The notes below the pieces were generated by a model. The model saw only the letters and a list, made by a program, of their open reading frames with translations. It was not told the origin of the DNA and searched no databases. The position numbers and the translations under genes are program-made. Source: an uncultured bacterium (GTDB taxonomy: Bacteria > Verrucomicrobiota > Verrucomicrobiia > Limisphaerales > UBA8199). Taken from it: DNA of 64,000 nucleotides. Location of the stretch: assembly GCA_963749495.1 (NCBI GenBank), contig CAVVMW010000014.1:480001-544000 (forward strand), read 5' to 3'. Positions 61,130 through 64,000 of this stretch are shown here, in pieces (positions within the stretch are counted from its first letter, which is position 1; every line of letters starts with the position of its first letter).

Positions 61130-62584
61130 ATGGGCTGGTTCATCGGAAAAAAACGACTGCGCCAGTTGGAGGAGGAAAATGCCCAACTCCGCCAGGACAA
61201 GGCGCGCCTGGAGTCGCGGGTGGCCCAACTCCAAGCCGAAAACGCCCGGCTCATGAATCAACTGGCCGCCGCCCGCAAGCATTCGGGGAACTCCTCCAAA
61301 CCGCCCTCCAGCGACATCGTCAAACCCAATGGGCAGCGGCGCCAGAAAAAGTCCAAGCAACGCATCGGCGGGCAAAAGGGACATCCCCAACACCAGCGGC
61401 CCGCCTTTGCTCCCGATCAAGTCGATCAGCGGATCCCCTTCCGCCTCAAACAATGTCCGGTCGATCCCTCCCACCGGATTAGCCCGGCGGAAGGGCCGGA
61501 GCACCAACGCACGATCCAACAGGTCGAGTTGGTGGAAAAACCGTTCCGAGTGGTCGAGTATACGGCTTACAGCATTTGGTGTCAGGACTGCGGCTGCTAT
61601 CACCAGGCCCCTTTGCCCGGGCCCATCGTCCAGGCCGGACTGTTCGGCCCCCGCTTGACCGCCCTGGTCACTTATCTCAAGGGCCGGCTGCACGGTTCTT
61701 ACAGTGGGATCCGGGATTTTCTGGGCGAGGTGGTCGGCGTGTCGGTCTCGCGGGGCTATCTGGCCAAACTCTGCCACAAGGCCACTCAGGCCTTCGCCGC
61801 ACCCTACGGCCAGCTACTGGCCTTGTTACCGCGGCAGAGCCACCTCAACTGCGATGAAACCGGACACAAAGACAACGGACACCGGTTCTGGACCTGGTGC
61901 TTCCGCGCGAGCCAGTTTGTCGTCTTCAAAATCGAGGCCTCGCGCGGCGCTGAGGTTCTCGAGCGCCTGCTGGGCCAAGAGTTCCAGGGCATTCTGGGCT
62001 GCGACTATTATGCCGCCTACCGCAAATACGCCCGCCAATGCTCGGTCCTGGTCCAGTTCTGTATGGCGCACTTGATCCGGGACGTCAAATTCCTGTGCGA
62101 ATTCCCCGAGCCCGGCGTCCAACGCTATGGCAAAGGGTTGTTGGCGGGCCTCAAGGCCCTGTTCTGGACGCTGCACCGCAGGGACCAACTGAGTGCCCGC
62201 GCCTTCGAGTCGGAGCTGGCCGCCGCCCACGACCAAATCTGGCGCGCCGCCCTGTCGGGTTCGGGCGGCCCCTTTCACCGGTTGATATGGAACATGGCCG
62301 AGCGATTTTACCGCCATGGTGAAGCCTACTTTCAATTCATCACCACCCCGGGCATCGAACCCACCAACAATGTGTCGGAACAGGCCATGCGCTTTGTGGT
62401 GATGGATCGGCACATGACCCAAGGCACCCGTAGCGCCCGAGGGCGGCAGTTTTGTGAGCGACTCTGGACCGTGCTGGCTACCTGCTCGCTACAGCATCGC
62501 TCCCCCTTTGATTGGATTTGTCAGGCCCTGAGCGCTTGGTTCAAAGGACAGCCGGTTCCTTCCCTATTAGCCGATTCCTCCTGA
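61130..62584 (+). CDS. IS66-family transposase (TnpC)
   Basis: Coiled coil, NSSKPPSSD, GGQKGH, Zn ribbon, CDETG, CDYYAAY, QFCMAHLIRD, IEPTNNVSEQAMR. Confidence 0.95.
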   Translation: MGWFIGKKRLRQLEEENAQLRQDKARLESRVAQLQAENARLMNQLAAARKHSGNSSKPPSSDIVKPNGQRRQKKSKQRIGGQKGHPQHQRPAFAPDQVDQRIPFRLKQCPVDPSHRISPAEGPEHQRTIQQVELVEKPFRVVEYTAYSIWCQDCGCYHQAPLPGPIVQAGLFGPRLTALVTYLKGRLHGSYSGIRDFLGEVVGVSVSRGYLAKLCHKATQAFAAPYGQLLALLPRQSHLNCDETGHKDNGHRFWTWCFRASQFVVFKIEASRGAEVLERLLGQEFQGILGCDYYAAYRKYARQCSVLVQFCMAHLIRDVKFLCEFPEPGVQRYGKGLLAGLKALFWTLHRRDQLSARAFESELAAAHDQIWRAALSGSGGPFHRLIWNMAERFYRHGEAYFQFITTPGIEPTNNVSEQAMRFVVMDRHMTQGTRSARGRQFCERLWTVLATCSLQHRSPFDWICQALSAWFKGQPVPSLLADSS

Positions 62585-62611
62585 CTGACGACTTGAGGTG
62601 TGAACGGTTAC

Positions 62612-63307
62612 AAAAAGGATGCCCAAGAATCCGAGGAGGCCGGGTCCGGCGAAGCCGCCCAAGCCACGGGCGAGTTGCCGCCCCAAGCCCCGCAAGGAGA
62701 CACTCTTGCAGCTCCTAGCCGAGCCGAAGGTGAGCCGAGTGACCACACGGGCGAGCTCCTATCGGCGGAAGATGATTTTGGGCCTAATGACTCTGAGCGG
62801 GAGCCCAGGTTTGGAGACTTGCAACCAGTTTTCCAGCCCTACTTCCCGGAATGGCAAACAGTCTATGCGCGGGTAAAGCGGGAGGCCCGGATGGGCACTC
62901 ACATCTTCAAGGCCGTCCTCACCGGCCGGCGAGGCGGTGGCGGCGGCATCTGGCGCCGGCTGGCGGTGCCGGCAGACACCTCGCTGGACGAATTGGCCTG
63001 GGCCATCCTCAATGCGTTTAAGCTGGATAAGGACCATCTGTACGACTTCCGCTACCGCGACCAGCGCGGCAAGAGCCGCGTGTATGCTCACCCCGACACC
63101 GACGACGGGCCCTTCACCCCGGAAATCACGGTCGGCGAGTCCGATCTCGGGCTCAAAGATGAGATGCTCTTCACGTTCGATTACGGAGATTACTGGCAGT
63201 TCAAAGTGCGTCTGGAGGCCGTTGATGACCAACCCTCCGGATCAACCGACCCGAAAGTCATCGAGTCTGCCGGCACGCCCCCGGAACAGTATCCGTCAGC
63301 GGGGTGA
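62612..63307 (+). pseudogene. pRiA4b ORF-3 family protein, 5' end removed by element B
   Basis: IWRRLAVPADTSLDELAWAILNAF...HLYDF...FTFDYGDYWQFKVRLE...PPEQYP. Confidence 0.85.
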
Positions 63308-63519
63308 CGGCATCACGGGGCTCCCTGGTCAGTCAACGGAAGTTGAAGCGGGTCACATCAGCCGAAGAGGGGAGAACAGATGTAAAGCGAAGCGGGCAAA
63401 GAAGATGCCGCGGAAGAAGACGGATTTTCAAACTGCCAGCTCCTCGCAGCTGGCTCAATCAGGGGAAGCCCCAAAAACCGACAATTTTAAGGTGCGGTTC
63501 GCGACCCCTCCCGGCGCGG

Positions 63520-63852
63520 TCAAGAATTCAGCCAGAACTGCGCGAGCCTGACGATGGCGTTCAACGCGGCCAGGGGCACGTTGTAGATGAAGAAACCAAA
63601 GACGGCAGCGACAATGGAAATAAACAGCGCCAGGCCGGATACGGCGTCGGTGGTGAAGTTCGGGTCCTTGGCCCAGTGGCAAAACGGCAGCGAGATCTGG
63701 ACGAGAAAGAATACGAAGAACAGGAGGCGCAGCGTTTCCAGGCTGACTGCCTGGGTCAGGGGGCATCCCGGTGCATACCAACCGGCGTACCGCTCGACGA
63801 GAAACGTCAAGAGCGTCAGCGCCGACAGAAAAGCGAAAAGCGGCCGGTTCAT
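63520..63852 (-). CDS. Small membrane protein (about 3 TM)
   Basis: 110-aa hydrophobic ORF. Confidence 0.55.
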   Translation of the reverse strand: MNRPLFAFLSALTLLTFLVERYAGWYAPGCPLTQAVSLETLRLLFFVFFLVQISLPFCHWAKDPNFTTDAVSGLALFISIVAAVFGFFIYNVPLAALNAIVRLAQFWLNS

Positions 63853-64000
63853 GCTCGATTCCCAATCATCGGTCCTGCTGCCATTGCCGCTGTTTGGCGG
63901 AAAGCGGGCTTGTACTGCGCCGTCTCCTGGATACGATTGAGCACTTCCTCGTAAGCGGCTTCGTCGGTCTGCACGTTTTCAAGCAACCGCAGAATCAAGT

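Larger units (their letters stand above)
60145..62611 (+). mobile_element. IS66-type element B (2467 bp): DUF4338 + TnpC, both intact
   Basis: 12-bp TIR gtaaccgttcac / gtgaacggttac; no matching TSD (gttggatt vs aaaaagga) and the flanks are different truncated genes. Confidence 0.92.

Noticed and set aside
1..64000. tRNA or rRNA genes
   Set aside because: No cloverleaf or rRNA-like segment was recognised by eye; not checked computationally

Overview
High-GC accessory/decay region, probably from a subdivision-3 Verrucomicrobiota genome (inferred from gene content and repeat families, not proven). It mixes carbohydrate-active enzymes (GH78, DUF5060/GH5-like, two paralogous unclassified GH-like proteins, GH35, DUF1080, GH30, GH55), a BspA-type LRR surface protein, BlaI/BlaR1, several toxin-antitoxin pairs and many truncated or internally deleted genes with a dense layer of mobile DNA. 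Main results: (1) two ~800-nt ORF-less group II introns (10402-11203 +, 29325-30123 -) whose putative EBS1 loops differ and match their own insertion sites; removing the first restores an IS66 transposase frame exactly, and removing the second restores a 9-mer repeat. (2) Two divergent ~2.46-kb IS66-type elements that carry a DUF4338 (DruA/Mom-like) gene in place of tnpA/tnpB, plus a 149-bp MITE using the same ends. (3) MITEs made of IS ends wrapped around a REP doublet, one inserted in the remnant of a fluoride-riboswitch-controlled antiporter gene. (4) Leaderless TA cassettes sandwiched between RAYT (Y1 transposase) remnants. (5) A low-GC reader+PD-(D/E)XK nuclease candidate next to RadC, and a repeated structured upstream motif. 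No rRNA, tRNA or CRISPR array was seen. All family assignments come from reading motifs by eye; no searches were run.
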